Part shown: piece after piece, positions 8,291 through 16,959 of the stretch | Layout: each line of letters starts with the position of its first letter | How positions within the stretch are numbered: the stretch's first letter is position 1 | Source: a phage | Direction: 5' to 3' (one strand) | NCBI GenBank assembly: GCA_037431425.1 | Contig: GCA_037431425.1_4129.3 | DNA length: 35,820 nucleotides | The notes under the pieces: model-generated | What the model was told of the DNA's origin: nothing | The model's input: only the letters and a program-made list of their open reading frames with translations | Database searches by the model: none | Position numbers and translations under genes: made by a program

Positions 8291-8620
8291 ATGAGCAAAA
8301 TTAATGTTGATGTAGATATTGGTTATATTGAAATTGAACCGTGTAGTATTGATACAATGATTGACACTCTTAGTAAGTACCGTGCAGAGTACAGGGGGCA
8401 TATTAGTATTTCACCAGACGGTGGTTACGGTGGATTCCATGGATACAATGTGATTTGGTCCAGAGAAGAAACAGACGAAGAATATAATACACGAATTGAA
8501 GCTGAATCTAAAAGACGTGAAGAAATTGAACGTCAAGAAATGAAACACTTAATGAACAAGAAATCATTAAGTACCGAAGAGAAATATAAACTGCTAAAAT
8601 ACATCAAGGATTACATGTAA
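8291..8620 (+). CDS. Hypothetical protein
   Basis: ORF in the operon frame; weak SD. Confidence 0.5.
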   Translation: MSKINVDVDIGYIEIEPCSIDTMIDTLSKYRAEYRGHISISPDGGYGGFHGYNVIWSREETDEEYNTRIEAESKRREEIERQEMKHLMNKKSLSTEEKYKLLKYIKDYM

Positions 8621-9270
8621 TGAAAAATGTAACACAAGAAAAGATTCTATACCTTGCAAAATATAATGGTGGTTTCAATATCATTAGCCGTGAGTACCAT
8701 GGTAATTTGGCTAAGTTGATTGACAGTTTGTTAGAATTTGATTTCATTAAATGGGAAACTAATGAACTTTGGTACGAATATGCTGGTCAGCAATGGGAAA
8801 GTGACTACGATCATGCAATTCATACGTATACAATCACTAAAAGTGGTGAAGTATGTTTAGCTATCATGCGTTGTGCATATACTTACAAACATCACAAAGG
8901 TGAAGAAAAGCATATTCGCAGAAACGAAGAATTACTTCACCTAATGGGTGAAGCTGGTATTACAATGCATGACTTGTTCAATGAACCAAGATGGACTAGA
9001 ACTCTTACTAAAGCTGAATATAAATCATTACGATACATTGATGAACAAAGCAACACCCCAGATGAAATTGATGATGTTAGTGATGATGAACTAAGCCTCA
9101 AAAATGTATTTGAAAGTACCAGCACTGAAAGTATTACTGATATTTCAGTACAGATGGCACTAAAAGCAATGGAACTTTTCAAGACACAATATGAAGGGCA
9201 CAGTGCTGAAGAAGTAGAGCGTGAGTTCATTACACGTGTACAGATTGCATTGTTCCAATCGAAAAAGTAA
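8620..9270 (+). CDS. Hypothetical protein
   Basis: TAATG stop-start coupling with the upstream ORF. Confidence 0.55.
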   Translation: MKNVTQEKILYLAKYNGGFNIISREYHGNLAKLIDSLLEFDFIKWETNELWYEYAGQQWESDYDHAIHTYTITKSGEVCLAIMRCAYTYKHHKGEEKHIRRNEELLHLMGEAGITMHDLFNEPRWTRTLTKAEYKSLRYIDEQSNTPDEIDDVSDDELSLKNVFESTSTESITDISVQMALKAMELFKTQYEGHSAEEVEREFITRVQIALFQSKK

Positions 9271-9367
9271 ATTTTTACTTGTACTAATCGCAGTTCTTAT
9301 GGTATTATCTTGTTCAGTTAGTAATGGTAAACCATCAATTGAGTACTTATGTATAGGTGATTAAATT

Positions 9368-9601
9368 ATGAAATTTATTTCTATAGCAATTATTTCAGCA
9401 CTCATGATGTTAGTAACAGGATGTGCACCTAAAGTTGATGAGATGGATGCTGAAATCATCCGTCAAGGTTTAACAAAACTAAATCACCAAGGAACACTAT
9501 ACGCATGTCATACTATGCGTCATGGGCAAGATCTTAATCTCATGTGCAGGAAGATTGTGAACCGCAAACGTCTTAATACTGTTCCGAAGGATGCACAATG
9601 A
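9368..9601 (+). CDS. Putative lipoprotein
   Basis: Signal peptide with lipobox-like LVTGC; SD AGGTGA. Confidence 0.5.
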   Translation: MKFISIAIISALMMLVTGCAPKVDEMDAEIIRQGLTKLNHQGTLYACHTMRHGQDLNLMCRKIVNRKRLNTVPKDAQ

Positions 9602-9768
9602 AAGAAATAATTGGCTACAAATGTAAAAATTGTGGCAAAGTTCAGGGTAAGCATTCAGTACAAGGTAAGGCTTGTCCAAATCCAGGACGTGGTAATTTCA
9701 GAGGGTTCAGTACTGAAAAGTCTTATGAACCTGATTATTCAAAACCAGTGATGGGCTATAAGTTATGA
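9598..9768 (+). CDS. Small Cys-rich (zinc-ribbon-like) protein, 56 aa
   Basis: Not in the ORF track (<60 aa). ATG 9598 overlaps the upstream stop, SD GAAGG 7 nt upstream, stop overlaps the next start; CxxC...C pattern. Confidence 0.4.
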   Translation: MKEIIGYKCKNCGKVQGKHSVQGKACPNPGRGNFRGFSTEKSYEPDYSKPVMGYKL

Positions 9769-10124
9769 GTGATTATGTGGCATTTCTTCATCGATATGGT
9801 GAAGCTAAAGAAAAACATATTATTCGTATGCCAGTATATGGTGAAAAAGACTGGTACAAAAGCACTATCAGTGTAGGTGCATTTCGTAACCGTGAATCTG
9901 AATTCTTTCTTGGTAAGCAACATGAACGCGAGGTACTTTGCTCACTTTGGCGTTTAGATGAATGGGATAGTGAAAATTCCAGAACGGCTGAATCAATGAT
10001 GGCTATTGTTGGTATTGCGAACTATCAGCACCCATATGATCTATTACCTACATTTGAACATGCTTCTTTGTTTGACTTTTACAAAGCAGTAGGGTATGAT
10101 TATAAAAAGAAACGTTACATTTAA
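9765..10124 (+). CDS. Hypothetical protein
   Basis: ATGA-coupled ORF. Confidence 0.5.
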   Translation: MSDYVAFLHRYGEAKEKHIIRMPVYGEKDWYKSTISVGAFRNRESEFFLGKQHEREVLCSLWRLDEWDSENSRTAESMMAIVGIANYQHPYDLLPTFEHASLFDFYKAVGYDYKKKRYI

Positions 10125-10152
10125 TAACAGCACCTTTTAAATTGGAGAAATC

Positions 10153-10767
10153 ATGACTACATCTGAAAAGTACTGGTGGATTTTGGGCCATCCTAAATTC
10201 ATCAACGGAGATATGGTTCCCCCAAGGATTGATATCGAACCACATGATGTGTGTCCAATCACAAACCGCATTGAATCATTTAAAGCTCTGAATACAAAGA
10301 CACAATTTTGGGTAGAATTCATCTCACCTATGTACGTTGAGCAAGATGATGAATGGGTACAAGCACATGATTATGAGTTAGATTGCGGTGGTGATACTTA
10401 TGATGAGGCAATTGACGCACTATACAAAAATGTGCTAAACACTTATGGTGATTACACCCAACAAGAAGCAGACGATACGTTTAATAAGATCCATGCAGCC
10501 ATTTCTACATCATCAATTTACAATCCAGCAAAAACAGTTTGGGAAGAACGTCACGGGTGGAGTTCATCTGTAATTGATGCAGAAGCCAAAGAAACAATTC
10601 TCGAAGACATAAAAAATATAAAAAGTACAATAGAAGCCTTGCGTGAATTTATAAAGTCTTGTACAATAGAACAACAGAAAGAGGCAAAGATGCATTTGGA
10701 AAGTGAAGAATGTAAACTTTGGGTTCTAGAGAAATCTATTGAAAAGGGTATAGACTTAGACTTATGA
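10153..10767 (+). CDS. Hypothetical acidic protein
   Basis: ORF with GGAG SD. Confidence 0.55.
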   Translation: MTTSEKYWWILGHPKFINGDMVPPRIDIEPHDVCPITNRIESFKALNTKTQFWVEFISPMYVEQDDEWVQAHDYELDCGGDTYDEAIDALYKNVLNTYGDYTQQEADDTFNKIHAAISTSSIYNPAKTVWEERHGWSSSVIDAEAKETILEDIKNIKSTIEALREFIKSCTIEQQKEAKMHLESEECKLWVLEKSIEKGIDLDL

Positions 10768-11132
10768 ATAGTAAATTGGAGAAATTAATCGAAGAATTAC
10801 GCCAGATGCCGCCGATTGAACAAGTAGGTAATTATAAACGGTATCGTATTATTGCTCGTGCACTTGATAAAAAAGGTAGAGTACTGGCAACTCGCACAAA
10901 TTCTTATACACAGACTCACCCTAAGCAGAAAAACTTTGCAGTTAAAGCTGGAAGAAATGATGCAATATGGTTACATGCTGAAATAAGCTGTTTACTCGCA
11001 GCAAGGGCTGATGTTCACACATTATTAATTGCACGGGTTAGTAAAGATGGAATTCCCGTTTCTGCAAAACCATGTGAAATTTGCTCTTTAGCAATACAAG
11101 AATACGGAGTAGTTGAAGTAATACATACATAG
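10764..11132 (+). CDS. CDA-fold zinc-dependent deaminase-like protein
   Basis: HAE (LHAEISCLL) and PCxxC (KPCEICS) zinc-ligand motifs; ATGA coupling. Confidence 0.55.
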   Translation: MNSKLEKLIEELRQMPPIEQVGNYKRYRIIARALDKKGRVLATRTNSYTQTHPKQKNFAVKAGRNDAIWLHAEISCLLAARADVHTLLIARVSKDGIPVSAKPCEICSLAIQEYGVVEVIHT

Positions 11133-11145
11133 GTAGAATATTTTC

Positions 11146-12222
11146 ATGGAAGAAATAAAAAAAGAATTAAATCAATTTAATGAATACGTATATAATTTGT
11201 ATTTTAATAAAAATATTATTTTTACTTGGATGAAACCTGAAGATATAAAGTATATAAAAACATCATCATCAAGTAAATCTCCATTTTACTTTGAAAAATT
11301 AATACTCAATAAATCATTTTCAAATTATCATTTTGAATTTCTTGGTTTTAATATAAAAAAATCAGATGATTGGATAGGAAAGCTTACAAATATAGTAATT
11401 AAGTTGAATGATATAATATATATACGTAACATAAAATCTTTTTTGGAGATGCCTGTGACTCTCAAGCGTGTCCCATATGTGATTCATAATTCTAATAATA
11501 TTAGTTACTATTTAAACAAATACAATAAAAATTTAAAATATATAAATTGTATGTATGATAAAATCAATGAAAAAACTTATTTAGATTTACAATGTAAAAT
11601 ATGTGGTTATGAATATAAATCATGTTTAAACAATATTAAACATAGAAGTACAGATTGTCCTGGTTGTATGAATAATGTTGTATTATCTGAAGATGATATG
11701 TTATATAGAATAACATTGAAATTATATACACAACCACATATAAAATTATTAAATTTCAACTATAATAACGGTGGTAATAAGAATGCAATAGGTACATATT
11801 ATTGTGAAATACACAATTATACATGGGATTCTATGTATTTTGGGACAATTGCAAAAGATCAAAGTTGTAAACTTTGTATGCAAGGTCAATCTAAAGGTGA
11901 AAAATATATCACTGAAATATTGGATAATTTAAAGGTAAATTATATAAGAGAATATAAATTTGATAAATGTTTTAATCAAAGAAAATTACCTTTTGATTTT
12001 TATATTCCAGATTTCAATTTATGTATAGAATATGATGGAAGACAACACTTTGAATCTGTGGATTTTTATGGTGGAAACGATGCTTTTTTTATAAGAAAAA
12101 AGAATGATGAAATAAAAAATTCATTCTGTGAAAATAATAATATTACATTATTAAGATTTAATGATCTCAATTTTTCTCGTATTGAATCAACATTGAATAG
12201 AATACTAAAAAGTGTTAAATAA
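11146..12222 (+). CDS. Putative free-standing homing-type endonuclease (Cys-pair zinc-finger region + DUF559/Vsr-like nuclease C-terminus)
   Basis: Much more AT-rich than neighbours; several CxxC pairs; C-terminal ...FDFYIPDFNLCIEYDGRQHFE...ITLLRF resembling the DUF559 restriction-endonuclease-like signature. Confidence 0.5.
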   Translation: MEEIKKELNQFNEYVYNLYFNKNIIFTWMKPEDIKYIKTSSSSKSPFYFEKLILNKSFSNYHFEFLGFNIKKSDDWIGKLTNIVIKLNDIIYIRNIKSFLEMPVTLKRVPYVIHNSNNISYYLNKYNKNLKYINCMYDKINEKTYLDLQCKICGYEYKSCLNNIKHRSTDCPGCMNNVVLSEDDMLYRITLKLYTQPHIKLLNFNYNNGGNKNAIGTYYCEIHNYTWDSMYFGTIAKDQSCKLCMQGQSKGEKYITEILDNLKVNYIREYKFDKCFNQRKLPFDFYIPDFNLCIEYDGRQHFESVDFYGGNDAFFIRKKNDEIKNSFCENNNITLLRFNDLNFSRIESTLNRILKSVK

Positions 12223-12444
12223 ATGAAAATTGAACGCTACCAAAACCATACAGTTGTGACTGAAGATGATATATTTTATTTTTATATTTTTTCACCTAAT
12301 CACTGTTTGCAAATAACAACATTTAATGATGGTAAATTTAAAGATATCAATTTTCCAGTATCAGAATTAGCTAAATATTCCAGTACTGAACACTTTAGTA
12401 ATCTAGTATTTGTGTACTGTATTCCAAACTCAAATAATAAGTAG
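12223..12444 (+). CDS. Hypothetical small protein (in the AT-rich insert)
   Basis: 73-aa ORF directly abutting the endonuclease gene; same extreme AT-richness. Confidence 0.35.
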   Translation: MKIERYQNHTVVTEDDIFYFYIFSPNHCLQITTFNDGKFKDINFPVSELAKYSSTEHFSNLVFVYCIPNSNNK

Positions 12445-12453
12445 GAGATTAAA

Positions 12454-12813
12454 ATGGCTAAAACAATTTCTTTAAAAAATGAAAAGGTAGGACAACGAAA
12501 AGATGGCTTCTATGGTTTTTCTTGGACCACATTATTTTTTGGACCTTTCCCTGCATTGTTCCGTGGTGACTTTATTACGTTTATCGGTGCATTTGTAATT
12601 TACTTCATCCTAAACGCAGTGTCTTTTTGGATTGTGGGTACAATTGCAATGGTCGTGTGGGCGTTTATTTACAATAAGTACTACACGGTGAATCTCATCA
12701 AGAATGGGTATAAATTCAATGGTACACATGAAGAAAATGCTGAAGCTGCAATGGCTTTGCAAATTGATTTGAATAAAAACAACACAGTTGATAAAAATAA
12801 AGATCCTGAGTAA
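12454..12813 (+). CDS. Hypothetical membrane protein (two TM segments)
   Basis: ORF with AGGAG SD; hydrophobic core. Confidence 0.55.
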   Translation: MAKTISLKNEKVGQRKDGFYGFSWTTLFFGPFPALFRGDFITFIGAFVIYFILNAVSFWIVGTIAMVVWAFIYNKYYTVNLIKNGYKFNGTHEENAEAAMALQIDLNKNNTVDKNKDPE

Positions 12814-13032
12814 ATGGAAAAATATGATATAATTTACGATTATTACGGTAAGGCTTATATGAAGTGTGGACGTTATGTTGAACTCTCTAATAGAGAATCA
12901 ATAGATCCCCACACTCTTATAACAATTCATAATTCGTACTATAAAAAAGTTACAATAGCTAATTTCGCTACCTACGTAAATAATCCGTTATTTCCTTACA
13001 TTATTCAGTACTACTGTCGAGTTATAAAATAA
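12814..13032 (+). CDS. Hypothetical protein
   Basis: ORF adjacent in the operon. Confidence 0.45.
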   Translation: MEKYDIIYDYYGKAYMKCGRYVELSNRESIDPHTLITIHNSYYKKVTIANFATYVNNPLFPYIIQYYCRVIK

Positions 13033-13043
13033 GGTAAAAAGAC

Positions 13044-13454
13044 ATGTTAGCCGATGATTTTATGTCTCTAAGTACCAAAATATTTGATATATTAGGGGAT
13101 GAAATAGATTTTCATCTAAATGATACAACTATACCATTCGAAGATGGTGGTTATTTTTTCGCAATTGGTTATAAGTACAATGTTGATTTTTCAATTCCGG
13201 TTCCTGATGGAAGTGATTATGCAGAATCAACATATTTTGAATTTCAGTTCAGTGGGCATACTGAGCGTTTACTAACATATAGACGTAAAGGAAATTTCAG
13301 TAGGTCAGAGATCATATTAATGGATTTTGAAAAACGCATAGAACTTGCAAAGAATAATCCATTTATTAGTACTTACGCGTTAAACCAACTTATTGAACTA
13401 TTTGATGGCTATCCAGACAGAATACGAGGGTCGTTACGTATAAATGCAGAATGA
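13044..13454 (+). CDS. Hypothetical protein
   Basis: ORF with AAGG upstream. Confidence 0.5.
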   Translation: MLADDFMSLSTKIFDILGDEIDFHLNDTTIPFEDGGYFFAIGYKYNVDFSIPVPDGSDYAESTYFEFQFSGHTERLLTYRRKGNFSRSEIILMDFEKRIELAKNNPFISTYALNQLIELFDGYPDRIRGSLRINAE

Positions 13455-13629
13455 AATCTTTAAAAAAGAATACGATGGTGAAAGCCTTTATGATATTCAG
13501 AGAGATGTTCATGAAGCCTTTGATTCAAAATTTAACCCATTAGCTGAACAAATCCCACAAGATGAATTTGGTTTTCAGGAAGGCACTTTCACAGTGACTA
13601 TTACATGGAGTCCAGATGAGACTAGCTAA
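13444..13629 (+). CDS. Hypothetical protein
   Basis: Overlapping ORF in the operon. Confidence 0.4.
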   Translation: MQNEIFKKEYDGESLYDIQRDVHEAFDSKFNPLAEQIPQDEFGFQEGTFTVTITWSPDETS

Positions 13630-13732
13630 ACTTGTCATAGGGTGTAGTGCAATTGCTGCATATATGATTTTTTCACCTCCAACCAATGTATTACTGCTAA
13701 TTTGGGCGGTTGTTATATTAGCAGTACTTTAA
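13616..13732 (+). CDS. Possible 38-aa hydrophobic peptide
   Basis: Not in the track; ATG 13616 overlaps the upstream 3' end; ends at TAA just before a terminator. Confidence 0.25.
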   Translation: MRLAKLVIGCSAIAAYMIFSPPTNVLLLIWAVVILAVL

Positions 13733-13765
13733 AGCACCCCATAGTGGGTGTTTTTCTTTTTTTTG
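13731..13765 (+). terminator. Rho-independent terminator
   Basis: GC-rich hairpin (GCACCC...GGGTG) followed by a long T-run. Confidence 0.55.
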
Positions 13766-13898
13766 TACAAATAAAAAGCAATGTCTCAATTCCTTGATAT
13801 AGGTCAAGAGAAATAACCAGCTATTACGCTATAATGCTTTCTGTTGTTGTTAAATAACTTCACCCCCAGATGATTTCAAAAAATACAAGGAGTGTACT

Positions 13899-15704
13899 GT
13901 GCAATTGAATAAATTATACACGGACGTAACGAATTTTCTAAACCAGAGTAATACTGATCTTACAAATGAAAACGCAAATAAAGATGCCAAATGTGTAAAT
14001 ACACACAGAGATTTACTTGCTGGTATCTTATCTAAACATTATTCACAAGATGTTATTCCAAAGGATCTAATGCAGTGGCACAATGATGGATATGGTCACA
14101 TTCATGATTTGGACTACTATATTAGTCCATTAACAAACTGTTGTTTGGTTAATTATCCAGATATGCTTAAACATGGGTTTACTATCGGGTGTGCTAAAAT
14201 CGAAGAACCAAAGAGTTTTAGTGTAGCATGTACGGTGCTAACACAGATTGTACAAGCTGTTGCAAGTTCCCAATATGGTGGTCAATCGTTGGCTCACATT
14301 GATGTCGGATTGGAACCTTATGTACAAAAGTCTTGGGAAAAGTTATTAGAAAAACAAAAGAAATATAATCTAAGCGATGATTTTATTGAAGAAGAATTAC
14401 GAAAAGAAGTATATGATGGGTGTCAAACATTACTATATCAGACCAATTCAATGATTAGCACTAATGGACAAGCTGCATTCATTTCTCTTAGTTTAGGACT
14501 TAATACTTCCAAATTTGGAAAATTAATCACTGAACAGTACTTGAAAGTTCACGAGAATGGTTTAGGTAAAGATAAGATTACACCAGTGTTTCCTAAAGTT
14601 ATTTTCTTTCTACAAGATGGTATTAACATGAATGTCAATGATAGTAATTATGATCTTAAACAGTTAGCTATGCGTTGTGCATCAAAAAGAATCTATCCAG
14701 ATTTTGTTTCAGTACCATTAAATCATAAAGTGACGGGAAGTAGTAGCACTGCGGTAACACCGATGGGCTGTCGTTCATTCTTAGGAAAATGGGAAGATTC
14801 AAATGGAAATGAACAATACAACGGTCGCTTCAATTTAGGTGTAGTTTCTATCAATTTACCACTAATTGCTCTTGAAAGTGCCTCAGATGGAGAGTTTTTT
14901 GATAAAATAGACGAGCATATGAATATTGCATATCGTGCTCAGATGAACCGCGTAGAGCGTTTAAAAGGTACAAAAGCGAAACAGAATCCAATTTTGTTTA
15001 TGGAAGGTGCATTAGCACGTTTAAGTGCAGAAGAAACTATTGACAAGCTATTTTACAATGGTTATGCTAGTATTAGTATTGGTTATGTTGGACTTGTTGA
15101 ATGTTCGGAAATCCTCACTGGTTCTATCAGTAAGGAGTTTTGTATGTCAGTACTGAATTATATGAAAGTAAAATGCGATGAGTTCAAAAAAGAAAGTAAT
15201 ATTGCTTTTAGTCTATATGGAACTCCAGCAGAGTCGCTTTGTTATAAATTTGCACGTTGCATTGAAGCAAAATATCCTTCAGTTCTCAAACGAGATTTCA
15301 TTACAAATTCATTCCATCAACCAGTATGGGTTGAAAGTTCCGCTTTTGAAAAGTGGGATTATGAGGAAAACTTTGCGTATCTAAGCAATGGTGGGAATAT
15401 TAGCTATGTTGAAACACCAAACCTGGCTAATAATATACAAGCACTTGAAACATTGATCAATTATGCATATGATAAAATTCCATATTTTGGAATTAATCAG
15501 AAAGTAGATAAGTGTTTTGAATGTAATTTTGAGGGAGAATTTAGTGTAGATAAAAATGGTTTTCATTGCCCTGTATGTAATAACAGAAATGAGCGAACAA
15601 TGTCTGTTATACGTAGGGTATCTGGATATCTTAGTGCACCAAATAGTCGCCCGTTTAATAAAGGTAAACAAGCTGAAGTAATTCAGCGTATACAGCATAT
15701 GTAA
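13899..15704 (+). CDS. nrdD: Anaerobic ribonucleoside-triphosphate reductase (class III RNR)
   Basis: 601 aa; C-terminal glycyl-radical motif RRVSGYLS and zinc-ribbon CFECNF...CPVCNN; overall layout as in T4 NrdD; GTG start with AAGGAG 6 nt upstream; no intron interruption. Confidence 0.9.
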   Translation: MQLNKLYTDVTNFLNQSNTDLTNENANKDAKCVNTHRDLLAGILSKHYSQDVIPKDLMQWHNDGYGHIHDLDYYISPLTNCCLVNYPDMLKHGFTIGCAKIEEPKSFSVACTVLTQIVQAVASSQYGGQSLAHIDVGLEPYVQKSWEKLLEKQKKYNLSDDFIEEELRKEVYDGCQTLLYQTNSMISTNGQAAFISLSLGLNTSKFGKLITEQYLKVHENGLGKDKITPVFPKVIFFLQDGINMNVNDSNYDLKQLAMRCASKRIYPDFVSVPLNHKVTGSSSTAVTPMGCRSFLGKWEDSNGNEQYNGRFNLGVVSINLPLIALESASDGEFFDKIDEHMNIAYRAQMNRVERLKGTKAKQNPILFMEGALARLSAEETIDKLFYNGYASISIGYVGLVECSEILTGSISKEFCMSVLNYMKVKCDEFKKESNIAFSLYGTPAESLCYKFARCIEAKYPSVLKRDFITNSFHQPVWVESSAFEKWDYEENFAYLSNGGNISYVETPNLANNIQALETLINYAYDKIPYFGINQKVDKCFECNFEGEFSVDKNGFHCPVCNNRNERTMSVIRRVSGYLSAPNSRPFNKGKQAEVIQRIQHM

Positions 15705-15715
15705 GGAGATATATT

Positions 15716-16078
15716 ATGTCAATTCAAGGTAAACAAGTAATGTCAGGTGAGCACATCGGAACCATCATGCTGGTGGATAATGATATTGCACGTATTATTG
15801 TATCTAAAACATTTTCAGAAAATGATGAAGTTCTTTTGAGTACTTTTGACGGCGAAGAACTTCGTGACGTTCAGGTTAAACATGAACCTGGTATTGAAGG
15901 TGGTCAGCATTTGAATGTAAATGTTCTATCTAAAGAACAACTCATTGATGCACAAAATAACCCTGAAAAGTATCCACAGCTTACTATTCGTGTTAGTGGT
16001 TATGCAGTACGTTTCAATTCACTAACAAAAGAACAACAAGATGATGTAATTTCTCGTACATTCACAAAAGAACTATGA
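15716..16078 (+). CDS. grcA: GrcA/YfiD-like autonomous glycyl-radical cofactor
   Basis: 120 aa; [10 protein letters not shown] and [22 protein letters not shown] closely match E. coli GrcA; SD AAGGAG. Confidence 0.8.
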   Translation: MSIQGKQVMSGEHIGTIMLVDNDIARIIVSKTFSENDEVLLSTFDGEELRDVQVKHEPGIEGGQHLNVNVLSKEQLIDAQNNPEKYPQLTIRVSGYAVRFNSLTKEQQDDVISRTFTKEL

Positions 16079-16404
16079 TGGATTTAAAACCAATTGTAGT
16101 GAACAAATACAAAGAACCGTATGATGTGTACATTGGTCGTGGGTCTAAATGGGGTAACCCATTTACCCATATCAATGATAAACAGACAAAAGCCGAATTC
16201 ATTGTTGCTACAAGGGAAGAATCAATTGAAAAATTCCGAGAATACATTATTGACCGTATTTCTAATGGCGAAATTAAAATTGATGATTTACTTGAATTAG
16301 CAGGTAAACGTCTTGGATGTTTCTGCAAACCAAAATCATGTCACGGCGATGTTCTTGTTGAAATAGTGAGTGCAATATTAGATGAATTACCAGACGATAA
16401 TTAA
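16075..16404 (+). CDS. Conserved phage protein resembling the DUF4326 family
   Basis: [15 protein letters not shown] and [13 protein letters not shown] motifs as I recall them for that family; ATGA coupling. Confidence 0.5.
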   Translation: MMDLKPIVVNKYKEPYDVYIGRGSKWGNPFTHINDKQTKAEFIVATREESIEKFREYIIDRISNGEIKIDDLLELAGKRLGCFCKPKSCHGDVLVEIVSAILDELPDDN

Positions 16405-16861
16405 AGATGACCTTATTAATGGTGAGGGGGTGAGGTGCTCCCTTTTTGTTAGTGGGTGTAGCCATTGTTGTGCCAAATGCTTCAACGAAAAGGCATGGGA
16501 TTATAGAAGTGGCCAAGAGTTCAGTACTGAAACAATTGATATAATTTTAGCTGAACTCAGTAAACCGTACATTAGTGGGTTATCACTACTTGGTGGAGAT
16601 CCACTAATGAAAAAGAACATCGAAACAATTTTAGAACTATGTAAAATTGTAAAAGATACTTATCCAAATAAAACTATTTGGTGCTGGAGTGGGTATACTT
16701 TAGAAGAGATTATGGATAATCATGCATCTCCAATACTGGAGTACATAGATGTATTGGTTGATGGTAAATTCATAGAAGCAGAAAAGAATTTAGAATTACC
16801 ATTTAGAGGCTCTAATAATCAACGTATTCTTCGCAAAGGCGTAGATTATGCATTATCTTGA
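16382..16861 (+). CDS. nrdG: Anaerobic RNR activating enzyme (radical SAM)
   Basis: N-terminal IINGEGVRCSLFVSGCSHCCAKCFN (CxxxCxxC cluster); ~159 aa. Confidence 0.85.
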   Translation: MNYQTIIKDDLINGEGVRCSLFVSGCSHCCAKCFNEKAWDYRSGQEFSTETIDIILAELSKPYISGLSLLGGDPLMKKNIETILELCKIVKDTYPNKTIWCWSGYTLEEIMDNHASPILEYIDVLVDGKFIEAEKNLELPFRGSNNQRILRKGVDYALS

Positions 16862-16889
16862 TATTACAGAAATGTGGAAATATATGAAG

Positions 16890-16913
16890 AAGCACCCTTT
16901 GGGTGCTTTTTTT
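16890..16913 (+). terminator. Rho-independent terminator
   Basis: AAGCACCC-ttt-GGGTGCTT followed by TTTTTTT. Confidence 0.75.
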
Positions 16914-16920
16914 ATAATAT

Positions 16921-16928
16921 TATAAATA
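16921..16928 (+). promoter_or_regulatory. T4-type late promoter box TATAAATA
   Basis: Exact TATAAATA 32 nt upstream of the ATG at 16960. Confidence 0.55.
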
Positions 16929-16959
16929 CACTATGAATATCTAGATAGAAGGGATATAT

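Noticed and set aside
13899-15704. Group I intron in nrdD (present in T4)
   Set aside because: The ORF is continuous over 601 codons with conserved N- and C-terminal motifs; no interruption seen.
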